DNA of 64,000 nucleotides, taken from an uncultured Gemmatimonadales bacterium. Lineage in GTDB: Bacteria > Gemmatimonadota > Gemmatimonadetes > Gemmatimonadales > JACORV01. The notes below the pieces were generated by a model, which was given only the letters and a program-made list of their open reading frames with translations, did no database searches and was not told the origin of the DNA. The position numbers and the translations under genes are program-made. Of the stretch, positions 38,378 to 47,175 are shown one piece after another (the stretch's first letter is position 1; the number at the start of each line of letters is the position of its first letter). The stretch is taken from positions 12,091 through 76,090 of the forward strand of contig CAWDZR010000024.1 in assembly GCA_963806755.1 (NCBI GenBank), read 5' to 3'.

Positions 38378-40213
38378 TCAGGAGCCCGCCGCCCCGCAGC
38401 GCGACGCCGGCATCGTGGCCGTCGGCGCCACGTGCGCGAAGTACAGCGCCCGCACCGCCGGCACCGGGATCGGCCCGTACGACAGCACGGCGTCGTGGAA
38501 CCGGCACAGGTTGAACGCCTTGCCCTCCTGCGCCTCCGCCGCGCGGCGGAAGTCCCACCACTCCCGCACCCCGACCGGGTACGTGTTCAGCTGCACGTAG
38601 TCGAGCTGCGCCCGCTGCAGCTTGGCCACCGCCTCCGGCCGCTCCTGGAAGGCGTCGCGCGTCATCAGCGCGACGGCGCTGTCGCCGTTCATTCCCAGGG
38701 TGTGCAGCCGCACGTCGATGATGACGTTGGCGTACATCCGGAGGTCCGCCTTCAGCGCCACGAGGTGCGCCTTCACCGCGTCGCCGCCGTTCTCGCCCAT
38801 CGCCTCCATCATCTGCTCGGTGTAAACCGCCCACCCTTCGATGTAGGAGTTGGGCCCGTACACGACCCGCAACAGCCGGCGCCACTCCGGCGTCACCCGG
38901 TTGGCGTAGTCGCCCTGGACGATGTGCCCCGGCATGGCCTCGTGGATCGTGAGCGACAGCATCTTGTAGCGGTTGTACTCGCGGAGCTTGGCCTCGGCGT
39001 CGGCCGCCTTCCACTCCTTCGGGATCGGCGTGACCCAGTAGAAGGCGCTGAGGTTGGGTTCGAGCGCCGGCGCGAACACCGCGCCGCCCACGCCGTACGT
39101 GCCGCGCATGAAGGGCGGCGTCGGGATCACCCGCAGGTTCGAGAAGTCGGTCTGGGAGAGGACGTGGTGGTCCACCACGAACTTCTCGAGGTCCGCGACG
39201 GTGCGCTGGCCCATTTCGACCAGCGAGTCCCGGTTGGTGTGGTCCTGCCCGATCCGGGCCAGCACCTCGCCCACGACGGCGTTGAGGACCGCGGCGCTGT
39301 CGCCCGCGTGCCGGTGGCCGGGGAACCAGGCGTCGTGCAGCGGCCGGGCCAGGGCTAGCATCTCGCCGCGGATCGTGCGCATGCTGTCTTCGGCGGACTT
39401 CAGCATCTCCTGCGGGGTCACCGAGGCCTGGAGGTAGTACGCCCACTTCTGGGCGAACATCGAGCGCCCCATCCGCCAGTCGAAGGCCGCCCTCTTCGGC
39501 AGCGTGTCCCGCACGAAGGCCGCGTAGTGCGCCAGCGCGGCGATCGCGGGCGCCTGCGCGGCCCGGTACGACGACTCCGCGGGCGTCCCCTGCACGAAGG
39601 CGGCGGCGGGGCCGTTGACGAGGTCCACCACCCCCTGCAGCTCCTCGAGCGCCACCTTGCGGTACACCTCGTTCGACGCGTCGAGGTTCGCCACCGCGGT
39701 CTCCACGAACACCGGCACCGCGGCCAGACGCTTCGCGAGGTCGCGCGCCCGGGTGGCCGTGTCGGCGTACTCGAGGCTGATGTTCGCGAACAGCGCGTTG
39801 CCCAGCACCTCGGGATACAGCTGCGGGCGGCGGCGGAAGAACTGCTCGCTGTCGAGGCTGAACTGCGCGAACTTGATCGCGTTCGACAGCAGGTCGTAGT
39901 CCGCCTGCGTCTGCGGGTCGAGCCGGCCCCGCGGGATCGCGGCCAGCTTCGCCGCGAAGTCGCGGTAGTGCGCCCGCTGGTGGTCCAGCGCGGCGGGCGA
40001 GAAGTTGTCCAGCAGCGCGTCGAGCCGCAGCGTGTCCCCCGTCGTGGGGTCCACGTACACGTGCAGCCCGACCTGGGTCGCGCCCGACGGCGAGAAGCTC
40101 AGGCTGGTGTAAACGAAGTCGGTGGCCAGGGCCGGAAAGCGCGTGTCGGTGCGGCTGCACGCGGCGGCGCCGGCGGCGAGCAGGGCGAGGACGGCGAGCG
40201 ACTTGCGGGACAT
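38378..40213 (-). CDS. DUF885 family lipoprotein (putative metallopeptidase)
   Basis: AAAC lipobox; TIHEAMPGHIVQ, IEGWAVYTE and FHDAVLSYG motifs. Confidence 0.88.
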   Translation of the reverse strand: MSRKSLAVLALLAAGAAACSRTDTRFPALATDFVYTSLSFSPSGATQVGLHVYVDPTTGDTLRLDALLDNFSPAALDHQRAHYRDFAAKLAAIPRGRLDPQTQADYDLLSNAIKFAQFSLDSEQFFRRRPQLYPEVLGNALFANISLEYADTATRARDLAKRLAAVPVFVETAVANLDASNEVYRKVALEELQGVVDLVNGPAAAFVQGTPAESSYRAAQAPAIAALAHYAAFVRDTLPKRAAFDWRMGRSMFAQKWAYYLQASVTPQEMLKSAEDSMRTIRGEMLALARPLHDAWFPGHRHAGDSAAVLNAVVGEVLARIGQDHTNRDSLVEMGQRTVADLEKFVVDHHVLSQTDFSNLRVIPTPPFMRGTYGVGGAVFAPALEPNLSAFYWVTPIPKEWKAADAEAKLREYNRYKMLSLTIHEAMPGHIVQGDYANRVTPEWRRLLRVVYGPNSYIEGWAVYTEQMMEAMGENGGDAVKAHLVALKADLRMYANVIIDVRLHTLGMNGDSAVALMTRDAFQERPEAVAKLQRAQLDYVQLNTYPVGVREWWDFRRAAEAQEGKAFNLCRFHDAVLSYGPIPVPAVRALYFAHVAPTATMPASRCGAAGS

Positions 40214-40316
40214 GCGGGGGACCTCGGTGGTGGGACACGAGAACGGCGGCGCACAATCCGCGCCGCCGTCCCCACGATCCTGGCCGGAACCGCCGGTGAA
40301 TGCCGAGTGACTTGGT

Positions 40317-41099
40317 CTAGAACTTCAGCGTCTCACCGGGGGTCATCATCCGCAGCCGCCGGTCGCCGCGGAACGCCGCGCGCACGTCGGCCGCGGTCGC
40401 CAGGGGCGGGAAGGTGGCGTAGTGCATCGGGATGATGACGCGCGGGTGGAAGTACTTCCGCACCGCCAGCGCCGCCACCTGGGGGTTCTCGGTGTACGGC
40501 CCGCCGCCCGCGCACAGCAGGATGATGCCCGGGTGGTACAGCGCCTGGATCAGCGCCATGTCGCCGAAGATCCAGGTGTCGCCCGTGTCGTACAGCGTCC
40601 GGCCGTCGGCGAACTGGAGGACGAAGCCCACCGGCCGCCCGTCCGGGACGCTGCCGTGCATGGCCGGCACCACGTGGATCGTGACGTCGCCGATCTTGAC
40701 CGTGCCGCCGACGTTCACACCGACGTTCTGCGAGTCGGGCAGGCCCAACGTCTGCTCCCAGTCGAACGCGCCCACGACCCGCGCGCCGCTCGCCGTGGCG
40801 ATCTCCTTGACGTCGGCCGTGTGGTCGAAGTGCGAGTGGGTGACGAGGATCGCCGAGGGGTGGTAGCGCGCGAGGTCCTTGAGCGAGTCGGGGGTGGACG
40901 GGTCCTGCTTCAGGTACGGATCGAGCAACAGCTGCGTGCCGCCCGGCGAGGTCACGAGGAACGACGCGTGACCGAGCCAGGTGACCGTGATCTTCCCGGC
41001 GCGCGCCGGGTGGCGGGGCGGCGCCGCGGCGGTTAGCGCGACGGCGCCCAGGAGCGCGAGCAGGGCCGGCGCAGCGACGCTGGCAAGACCTCGATGCAT
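40317..41099 (-). CDS. Exported MBL-fold metal-dependent hydrolase (UPF0173)
   Basis: WLGHASF, THSHFDH, GDT and IPMHY; signal peptide. Confidence 0.88.
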   Translation of the reverse strand: MHRGLASVAAPALLALLGAVALTAAAPPRHPARAGKITVTWLGHASFLVTSPGGTQLLLDPYLKQDPSTPDSLKDLARYHPSAILVTHSHFDHTADVKEIATASGARVVGAFDWEQTLGLPDSQNVGVNVGGTVKIGDVTIHVVPAMHGSVPDGRPVGFVLQFADGRTLYDTGDTWIFGDMALIQALYHPGIILLCAGGGPYTENPQVAALAVRKYFHPRVIIPMHYATFPPLATAADVRAAFRGDRRLRMMTPGETLKF

Positions 41100-41204
41100 G
41101 CGTGGACTCTCCCTTCGATCGGGGTGCAGATTACGATGGATGTCGCCGAGGCGAGCATCTTACCCAGGAGCCCGGTGACGGTCCAGTGCAGCCCGGAGGT
41201 GCCG

Positions 41205-42242
41205 ATGCCCACGACCCGCGCGATCCTCATCGACCGCCTCGGCCCCCCCGAGGCGCTGGTCGAGCGCGAGGTTCCGCTGCCGGACCCCGGCCCCGACGAG
41301 CTGCACCTCGCGGTGCGCGCCGCGGGCGTGAACTTCGCCGACCTGCTGCAGCGGGCGGGCCTCTACGGCACCATGCCGCCGCGGCCGTTCGCGCCGGGAT
41401 TCGAAGTCGCGGGCGAGGTGGTGCGTGCCGGTTCCGCCGTGAAGGACTGGAAGGCCGGCGACCGCGCCGTGGCCCTGCTCCGCCACGGCGGGTACGCGCG
41501 CGACGTGATCGTGGCGGCGCACCAGGTCTTTCGCTACCCCGGCGCGCTCACGCCGGTGCAGGCGGCCGCCGCGCCGGTCGTGTTCCTGACCGGGCACGTG
41601 TGCCTGTTCGAGGCGGCGCGCGCGCGGCCCGGTGAGACCGCCCTGGTCCTCGGCGCCGGCGGCGGCGTGGGCACGGCGGCCGTGCAACTCGCGGTACGGC
41701 GCGGTCTCACGGCCATCGGCACGGCGGGCACCGCGGCCAAGCGCGACTTCGTCGTGCGGGAGCTCGGTGCCGCGGCGTGCTTCGACTCGCGGGGCGAATG
41801 GGAGAGCGACGTGCGCGCGGCCGCACCGCGGGGCGTGGACGTCGCGCTCGACCCGGTCGGCGGCCGGGCGACCCGGTCCTGCGTCCGCGTGATGGCCCCG
41901 CTCGGGAGGCTCGTGACCTACGGGCTCAGCGAGGCGCTGCCCGGCGGGCGCCGCAACTGGCTCAGGGCGGGCCTGGCGGCGCTGCGCACGCCGCGCTTCC
42001 ACCCGCTGGCGTTGTTCGAGCGGAACCTCGGCGTGTTCGGCGTGCAGCTGCTGCACCTCTTCGACCGGGAAGCGATGCTCCGGCCGGCGCTCGAGGAGAT
42101 CTACGGCGGCATCGCCGCCGGCGACCTGCGCGCCATCGTGGACCGCACGTTCCCGCTGACGCGCGACGGGGCCGTCGCCGCACACCACTACCTGCACGAG
42201 CGCAAGAACCTCGGCAAGATCGTCCTGGTCGCGGGCCAGTAG
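41205..42242 (+). CDS. NADPH:quinone oxidoreductase family (VAT-1-like MDR)
   Basis: GVNFAD, PGFEVAG, GAGGGVG and RKNLGKIVL motifs. Confidence 0.88.
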   Translation: MPTTRAILIDRLGPPEALVEREVPLPDPGPDELHLAVRAAGVNFADLLQRAGLYGTMPPRPFAPGFEVAGEVVRAGSAVKDWKAGDRAVALLRHGGYARDVIVAAHQVFRYPGALTPVQAAAAPVVFLTGHVCLFEAARARPGETALVLGAGGGVGTAAVQLAVRRGLTAIGTAGTAAKRDFVVRELGAAACFDSRGEWESDVRAAAPRGVDVALDPVGGRATRSCVRVMAPLGRLVTYGLSEALPGGRRNWLRAGLAALRTPRFHPLALFERNLGVFGVQLLHLFDREAMLRPALEEIYGGIAAGDLRAIVDRTFPLTRDGAVAAHHYLHERKNLGKIVLVAGQ

Positions 42243-42247
42243 GGCTG

Positions 42248-42279
42248 GAAGGCGAGAAGGGCGCCGGCATCTCGCCTTC
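42248..42279. terminator. Hairpin between convergent genes
   Basis: gaaggcgaga...tctcgccttc 10-bp stem. Confidence 0.55.
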
Positions 42280-42305
42280 GGGGCGACGGCGCGGGTGCTG
42301 CGGTG

Positions 42306-42461
42306 TCACTTCTGGCGGATCACCTTCATCCGGGCGATCCGCTCCTCCAGCTCCTCGACCGTCAGCTCGATCGCATCGGCCATCTTGCCCGTCGCCTTCC
42401 GGATCGTCTCCTTCTGCTCCGCCGTCAGCTTGATCCGGACGGGATCCTTCGGCTCTGCCAT
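42306..42461 (-). CDS. 51-aa peptide with VEELEERIA motif
   Basis: GGAGGAG RBS, biased codons, own promoter; MAEPKDPVRIKLTAEQKETIRKATGKMADAIELTVEELEERIARMKVIRQK. Confidence 0.8.
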   Translation of the reverse strand: MAEPKDPVRIKLTAEQKETIRKATGKMADAIELTVEELEERIARMKVIRQK

Positions 42462-42514
42462 GGCTCTCCTCCGTCGGACGGGATCCGCCACCCACGGCGG
42501 CGCTCGCGTGCGGG

Positions 42515-42568
42515 ACGATAGGCACCCGGCGTGAATGCCGCGTGAACCACCTTGCGGGCCCGTGAACG
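42515..42568 (-). promoter_or_regulatory. SARP-like direct-repeat promoter (site A)
   Basis: Minus-strand TTCACG x3 (spacing 20, 11), then 9 nt, then TATCGT. Confidence 0.7.
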
Positions 42569-42605
42569 GGGCGTACCTTAGCTCGAAACGACGCTGGGCG
42601 GCGCC

Positions 42606-44879
42606 ATGGATGGCCTAGCTTTCCACCTCTTCGGCCCCCCCGAAGTGGCGCTCCCGCGCGGAGAACCCGCGCGCAGCCTTGCTTCGCCCAAGTGCCTCGC
42701 GCTGCTCGCCTACCTCGCCCTCGAACCCGGTCCCCACACTCGAGAGGAACTCGCGGCACTCCTCTGGGGCGAGTTTCCCGACAAGGCCGCTCGGGCTTCG
42801 CTCCGGCAGGCGTTGAAGCGGATCCGCGGCGCCGTCGGCGACCAGTTCCGGGTCGGACGGAACGCGGTCGAGCTCGCGCCTCGATTCTCGTGTGACGTGA
42901 CGGACTTCCTGGAGGCCGCGCGCCGCGATCCGGCCGACGCGGCCCGCTTCGACGTCACGCACTTCCTGAGCGGGCTCGCCCCGCGGAAGGCCGTGGCCTT
43001 CGAGGAGTGGGCTTCGGCACGCCGGCAGCACCTGACACGCGTGTACGAGCAGGTCGCGGCAGAGCTGGCGCGGCGGGCGATGGGGGCCTCGCGCTGGTCC
43101 GAGGCGGCCAAGTGGGCCGACGCGTGGCTCGAGTGCGAGCCGATGTCGGAGGACGGCACGCGGCTCGCCATGGAAGCCTGGTACCTCGCGGGCGATCGCG
43201 GCGCCGCGCTGGCGCGGTTTGCGAGCTACCGCGACCGGCTCTCCGCGAACCTCGGCGCCCGGCCCGGCGCGGCGCTGCTGCAGCTGCAGCGCCGCATCGA
43301 TGGGGACGGCGCGGCACGCCACGCCCAGTCGCGCGCGCCGGGCCGGACGCCCGAGCCGGCGGCGCCCTCCTTCGCGTGCAGCCTCATCGGCCGCGAGCAG
43401 GCCTGGCGCGCGCTCACGCGCGCGTGGGCGGCGCTCGCCCCGGGCCGGGGCGGCTTCGTCCTGATCGAGGGGGAGGCGGGCGTGGGGAAGACCCGGCTCG
43501 CCGAGGAATTCCTGCGCTACGCCGCGACGGAGGGCGGCACGGTGCTCCGGGGCCGCGGCTACGACGCCCGGAGCGGGATCCCGTTCGGGCCGGTGGTGGA
43601 GCTGCTGCGGGGCGCGCTCGACGCGCCGGGTGTGGCGACGGCCGAGACCTCGTGGCTGAGCGAGGTGGCGCGCCTCGTGCCCGAGGTGCGGCGCGCCTTC
43701 CCCGCCGTGCCGGAGCCGGGCGCGCCCGCGCGCGCCACCGAGCGGTGGCGGCTCTTCGAGGGCGTCGCGCAGGTCCTGCTCGCCGTGGCGGACGAGCGGC
43801 CGACGGCCGTCTTCGTGGACGATCTCCAGTGGTGCGACGCCGACACCTGCGCCCTGCTCCACTTCCTGGTGCGCCGGCTCGAGGCGAGCCCGGCGCTCGT
43901 CGTCGCCGCCCTGGCGGTGGACGAGCTGGAGCGCGATGCCCCGGCCGCCCGCCTGTGCCGTGCGCTTCGCGCGAGGGCCCGCGCCACCGTCGTGGCGCTG
44001 CCGGCGCTCACGGAGGAGCAGGTCTGGCAGATGATCCGCGAGATGGGGCACCTCAAGAGCGCGGCGGCGGCCCGGCGCTTCGCCGGCCGGGTGTTCGGCG
44101 TGACCGACGGCAATCCGTTCCACATCGTGGAGCTGCTCAAGACGCTGTTCGCGCAGAGCCTCCTGGCGGTGGACGACGCCCGCGGCGAGTGGACCGCGGC
44201 GCACGCCGAGCCCTACGGCATGCACGAGTTCCCGCTGCCGGCGACCGTCCAGGCCGCCATCGCCGAGCGGGTGGCGCGGCTGCCGTACGTGCTCCGCGAC
44301 CTGCTCGCGGTGGTCGCCGTCGCGAGCGCGGGGTGCCGGGTGGAGATCCTGTCCGCCGTGCTCGGCATGTCGCGCCTCAGGGCGGCCGCGCTGGCCGACG
44401 AGCTGGCGGAGCGCCATCTCCTGGTCGCCGAAGGGCCGCTGTATCGCTGCGCCCACCCGATGATCGCCGCCGTCGTCCGGAGCGACCTCACCGCCTCGCG
44501 CGAGCTGGAACTGCACCGCGCGCTCGCCCTCGCGCTGGCGGACGCGGCCGAGGGGCGCGACGCGCGCGCAACGGCCGGCGAGGTGGCGCGGCACGCCGAC
44601 CGCGGCGACGAGCCGGCCATGGCCTACCGCCACGCGCTGCTCGCGGCCGAGGGCGCGGCGGCACGCTTCGCCTTCGAGGAGGCGCTGAGCTGGCTCGACC
44701 TCGCGGCGGCACGGAGCGGCAGCGACGAGGAAACGCAGGAGGTCAACCGCCGCACGGCCGACGTGTTGCGCCTGGCCGGATGGACGGAGCCGCCGCGCCC
44801 CGTGCCGCGGCCGGGGACGCCGGCCCGCGGCTTCGCCCAGAGTGACCTCGACCTGCAGGCGGAGGAAGTGCCGCGCTGA
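42606..44879 (+). CDS. SARP/BTAD transcriptional activator with AAA ATPase
   Basis: KCLALLAYLAL, REELAALLW, ASLRQAL, GEAGVGKT, VDDLQWCD, TDGNPF and AHPMI motifs. Confidence 0.88.
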   Translation: MDGLAFHLFGPPEVALPRGEPARSLASPKCLALLAYLALEPGPHTREELAALLWGEFPDKAARASLRQALKRIRGAVGDQFRVGRNAVELAPRFSCDVTDFLEAARRDPADAARFDVTHFLSGLAPRKAVAFEEWASARRQHLTRVYEQVAAELARRAMGASRWSEAAKWADAWLECEPMSEDGTRLAMEAWYLAGDRGAALARFASYRDRLSANLGARPGAALLQLQRRIDGDGAARHAQSRAPGRTPEPAAPSFACSLIGREQAWRALTRAWAALAPGRGGFVLIEGEAGVGKTRLAEEFLRYAATEGGTVLRGRGYDARSGIPFGPVVELLRGALDAPGVATAETSWLSEVARLVPEVRRAFPAVPEPGAPARATERWRLFEGVAQVLLAVADERPTAVFVDDLQWCDADTCALLHFLVRRLEASPALVVAALAVDELERDAPAARLCRALRARARATVVALPALTEEQVWQMIREMGHLKSAAAARRFAGRVFGVTDGNPFHIVELLKTLFAQSLLAVDDARGEWTAAHAEPYGMHEFPLPATVQAAIAERVARLPYVLRDLLAVVAVASAGCRVEILSAVLGMSRLRAAALADELAERHLLVAEGPLYRCAHPMIAAVVRSDLTASRELELHRALALALADAAEGRDARATAGEVARHADRGDEPAMAYRHALLAAEGAAARFAFEEALSWLDLAAARSGSDEETQEVNRRTADVLRLAGWTEPPRPVPRPGTPARGFAQSDLDLQAEEVPR

Positions 44880-44912
44880 CGGCAGCCCCGGCCGGCGCGC
44901 CGAGCGCGCCCG

Positions 44913-46157
44913 TCAGCCGATGGTGCGGGTGGCCGCGAGCAGCGTCACGTCGTCGTGCGGCTCGGCCGGCCCGGTGAACACGCGCAGCGCCTCGAGGACC
45001 CCCCGGACGAGCGTGGAGGCGGAGGCGTGGTTCGCCCGAAGGGCGTTGCGGAGGCGCTCGGCGCCGAACGCCTCGCCGGCCGGGCTCAGCGCCTCCACCA
45101 GCCCGTCGGTGAACGCGACGAGACCGTGGCCGGGCTCGACCGTCACCTGGCCCGCGCCGTACACCACGTCCGGCATGAGGCCGAGCGCGGGGCCCGTCGG
45201 TCGCAGCTCCCGGGTGGTGCCGTCCGGCGCGATGACGATGGCCGGCTCGTGACCGGCGTTGACGAAGTCGAGCTGCCCGTCCCTGGGGTCCAGCGCTCCC
45301 AGGAACACCGTGGCGAACATGTTGGTGCGCCCGTGCAGCCTGGCGATGTAGTCGTTGGTGAAGCCCGCGACGCGGGTCAGCAGGTCGGCCGGCGTCGCGG
45401 CTTCCAGCGACTGGCGCACGATGGTCCGGCGGCCGCCGATCATCTGGATGGCGCCGCCCCCGATGGGATCGGCGGAGGCGCGGATGAGGCTGCGGAACAG
45501 GGCCATGAACAGCGCCGCACCGACCCCCTTGTCGCACACGTCGCCGACGACCATGACGATCGTGCCGGAAGGCGGCAGCAGGAAGGCGTCGTAGAAATCG
45601 CCGGAGACCTGGCGGGCGGGTTGCAGCGCCGCTTCGAGCTGCACGCCCCTGGCCACCGGGAGCGAGTCCGGCAGGAAGTCGCGCTGGATGTTCCGGGCGA
45701 CCGCCATCTCGCGCGAGAGGCTCTCGGCGTCGCGCAGGCGCCTGCGGTCCAGCGCGGCGCCGAGGCGCGCCCGCAGCATGGACGGCCGGAACGCCGCCGG
45801 GAGATAGTCGTCGGCGCCCGACTCCAGGCATCGCTCGACGGTCTCGAGGTCGTCCACCGCCGCCACCACGATGACCGGGATCCGCTCCAGCTCGGCGTCG
45901 CTCCGGAGCGCCTCCAGGAACCGCGGGCCGTCCATCCCGGGCGTCCGCGCGTCCAGCAACACCAGGTCGAATGCCTCCGCCCGGAGCTTCCGGAGGGCCT
46001 CGCCGGCCTCTCCAGCCGTGTCCACGCCGTGCCCTTCCCGCTGCACGTGACCGCTGAGCGCCTCGCGACCGGCGGCGGCAGGCTCGACGACCAGCACGCG
46101 CGCCGGCACGGCGTCGGGCGCCGGCGCGGTCGTTCCCGGGTGCGGTGGGGTGGTCAT
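44913..46157 (-). CDS. Receiver + SpoIIE/PP2C phosphatase
   Basis: LVLLD..PGMDG receiver; VSGDFYD, GDVCDKG, NAGH, FTDGL and DDVT. Confidence 0.9.
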   Translation of the reverse strand: MTTPPHPGTTAPAPDAVPARVLVVEPAAAGREALSGHVQREGHGVDTAGEAGEALRKLRAEAFDLVLLDARTPGMDGPRFLEALRSDAELERIPVIVVAAVDDLETVERCLESGADDYLPAAFRPSMLRARLGAALDRRRLRDAESLSREMAVARNIQRDFLPDSLPVARGVQLEAALQPARQVSGDFYDAFLLPPSGTIVMVVGDVCDKGVGAALFMALFRSLIRASADPIGGGAIQMIGGRRTIVRQSLEAATPADLLTRVAGFTNDYIARLHGRTNMFATVFLGALDPRDGQLDFVNAGHEPAIVIAPDGTTRELRPTGPALGLMPDVVYGAGQVTVEPGHGLVAFTDGLVEALSPAGEAFGAERLRNALRANHASASTLVRGVLEALRVFTGPAEPHDDVTLLAATRTIG

Positions 46158-46167
46158 CGGGCGCTGC

Positions 46168-47175
46168 TCACCCTCCGTTGAGCACGTTGAGCTGCCAGAG
46201 GTCCCGCGTGCCGGTGTGCAGGAACGGACTGATGGCGAGCGCCCCCGTCTTCCCGATGCTCTGCTCCAGGTAGCGCAGCTCCTCGAGCTGGTCCTTCAGC
46301 TTCGGTTCCGGCACGGCGTCGAACCCGGCCTCGCGCATCATCAGGATCCCCTTGGCGCGGATGGCGAGCTCGGCGCGCAGGCGCAGGAGGCACATCATGT
46401 CCACGATCACCTCCGCGGAGAAGCGGCGTCGCAGGGTCTTGAGGTACTGCCCGACCGGCGTCCCCGAGACCTGCCCCGAACGGAGGAGCCGCAACAGCTC
46501 CTGGTCGGTGTCGAACCCCGACCCCAGCCAGGCCTTTGTGTCCCGCTCGCTCTGCTGGAACACGGCGACGGTGAGGTACGGAAAGACCAGGACGATCAGC
46601 GCCGTCGCCAGCAGCGGCTGCACCAGGAAGTGATTGTACAGCGAGTGCAGGACCACGGCCACGCCGAGCCCGGGGAGGACGAGGGGGAGCCGGAAGGCGT
46701 CGGAGCGGTTGAGCGTCTTCGCGACCATCGCCACGATGGACGTGGCGCCGCCGTGCATGATCGCGGTGCCGAGCCCCCGCACGATCCAGAGCCAGAACGT
46801 CGCGTCCGGATTCGCCTGCAGGTAGTAGAGGTTCTCGAGGAACGCGAAGCCCGTGCCGATGCCGAAGCCGTGGATGGCCGCGTCCACGACGAACCCCACC
46901 TTGTTCCGCTGCAGCAGCCAGACGACGAAGGCGGCCTTGAGCGATTCCTCCACGACGGGGGCGACGTACCGGGAGTACCGATCCCAGTCCAGGCCGAGAG
47001 CCGGCCGCAGCCAGACGTTGGCCGCGTACGCGGCGAGGCCGGCGACCACGCCGGCGGCGACCGACAGCAGGATCGCCCGCAGCGCGACGAGCTTGTAGCT
47101 GTCGATGAGCAGCAGCGCCCCGAGGAACACGAAGACCGGCAGGATGCTGACGGCGACCGCGAGGACGGTCGTCAC
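46168..47175 (-). CDS. prsW: PrsW family intramembrane glutamic protease
   Basis: EESLK, GFAFLEN, IMHG and LHSLYN motifs; multiple TM helices. Confidence 0.85.
   Translation of the reverse strand: MTTVLAVAVSILPVFVFLGALLLIDSYKLVALRAILLSVAAGVVAGLAAYAANVWLRPALGLDWDRYSRYVAPVVEESLKAAFVVWLLQRNKVGFVVDAAIHGFGIGTGFAFLENLYYLQANPDATFWLWIVRGLGTAIMHGGATSIVAMVAKTLNRSDAFRLPLVLPGLGVAVVLHSLYNHFLVQPLLATALIVLVFPYLTVAVFQQSERDTKAWLGSGFDTDQELLRLLRSGQVSGTPVGQYLKTLRRRFSAEVIVDMMCLLRLRAELAIRAKGILMMREAGFDAVPEPKLKDQLEELRYLEQSIGKTGALAISPFLHTGTRDLWQLNVLNGG

Noticed and set aside
40296-40312. GTGAAT/GTGACT pair 11 bp apart upstream of the DUF885 gene as another SARP-like site
   Set aside because: No TAnnnT at the 9-nt position and no third repeat
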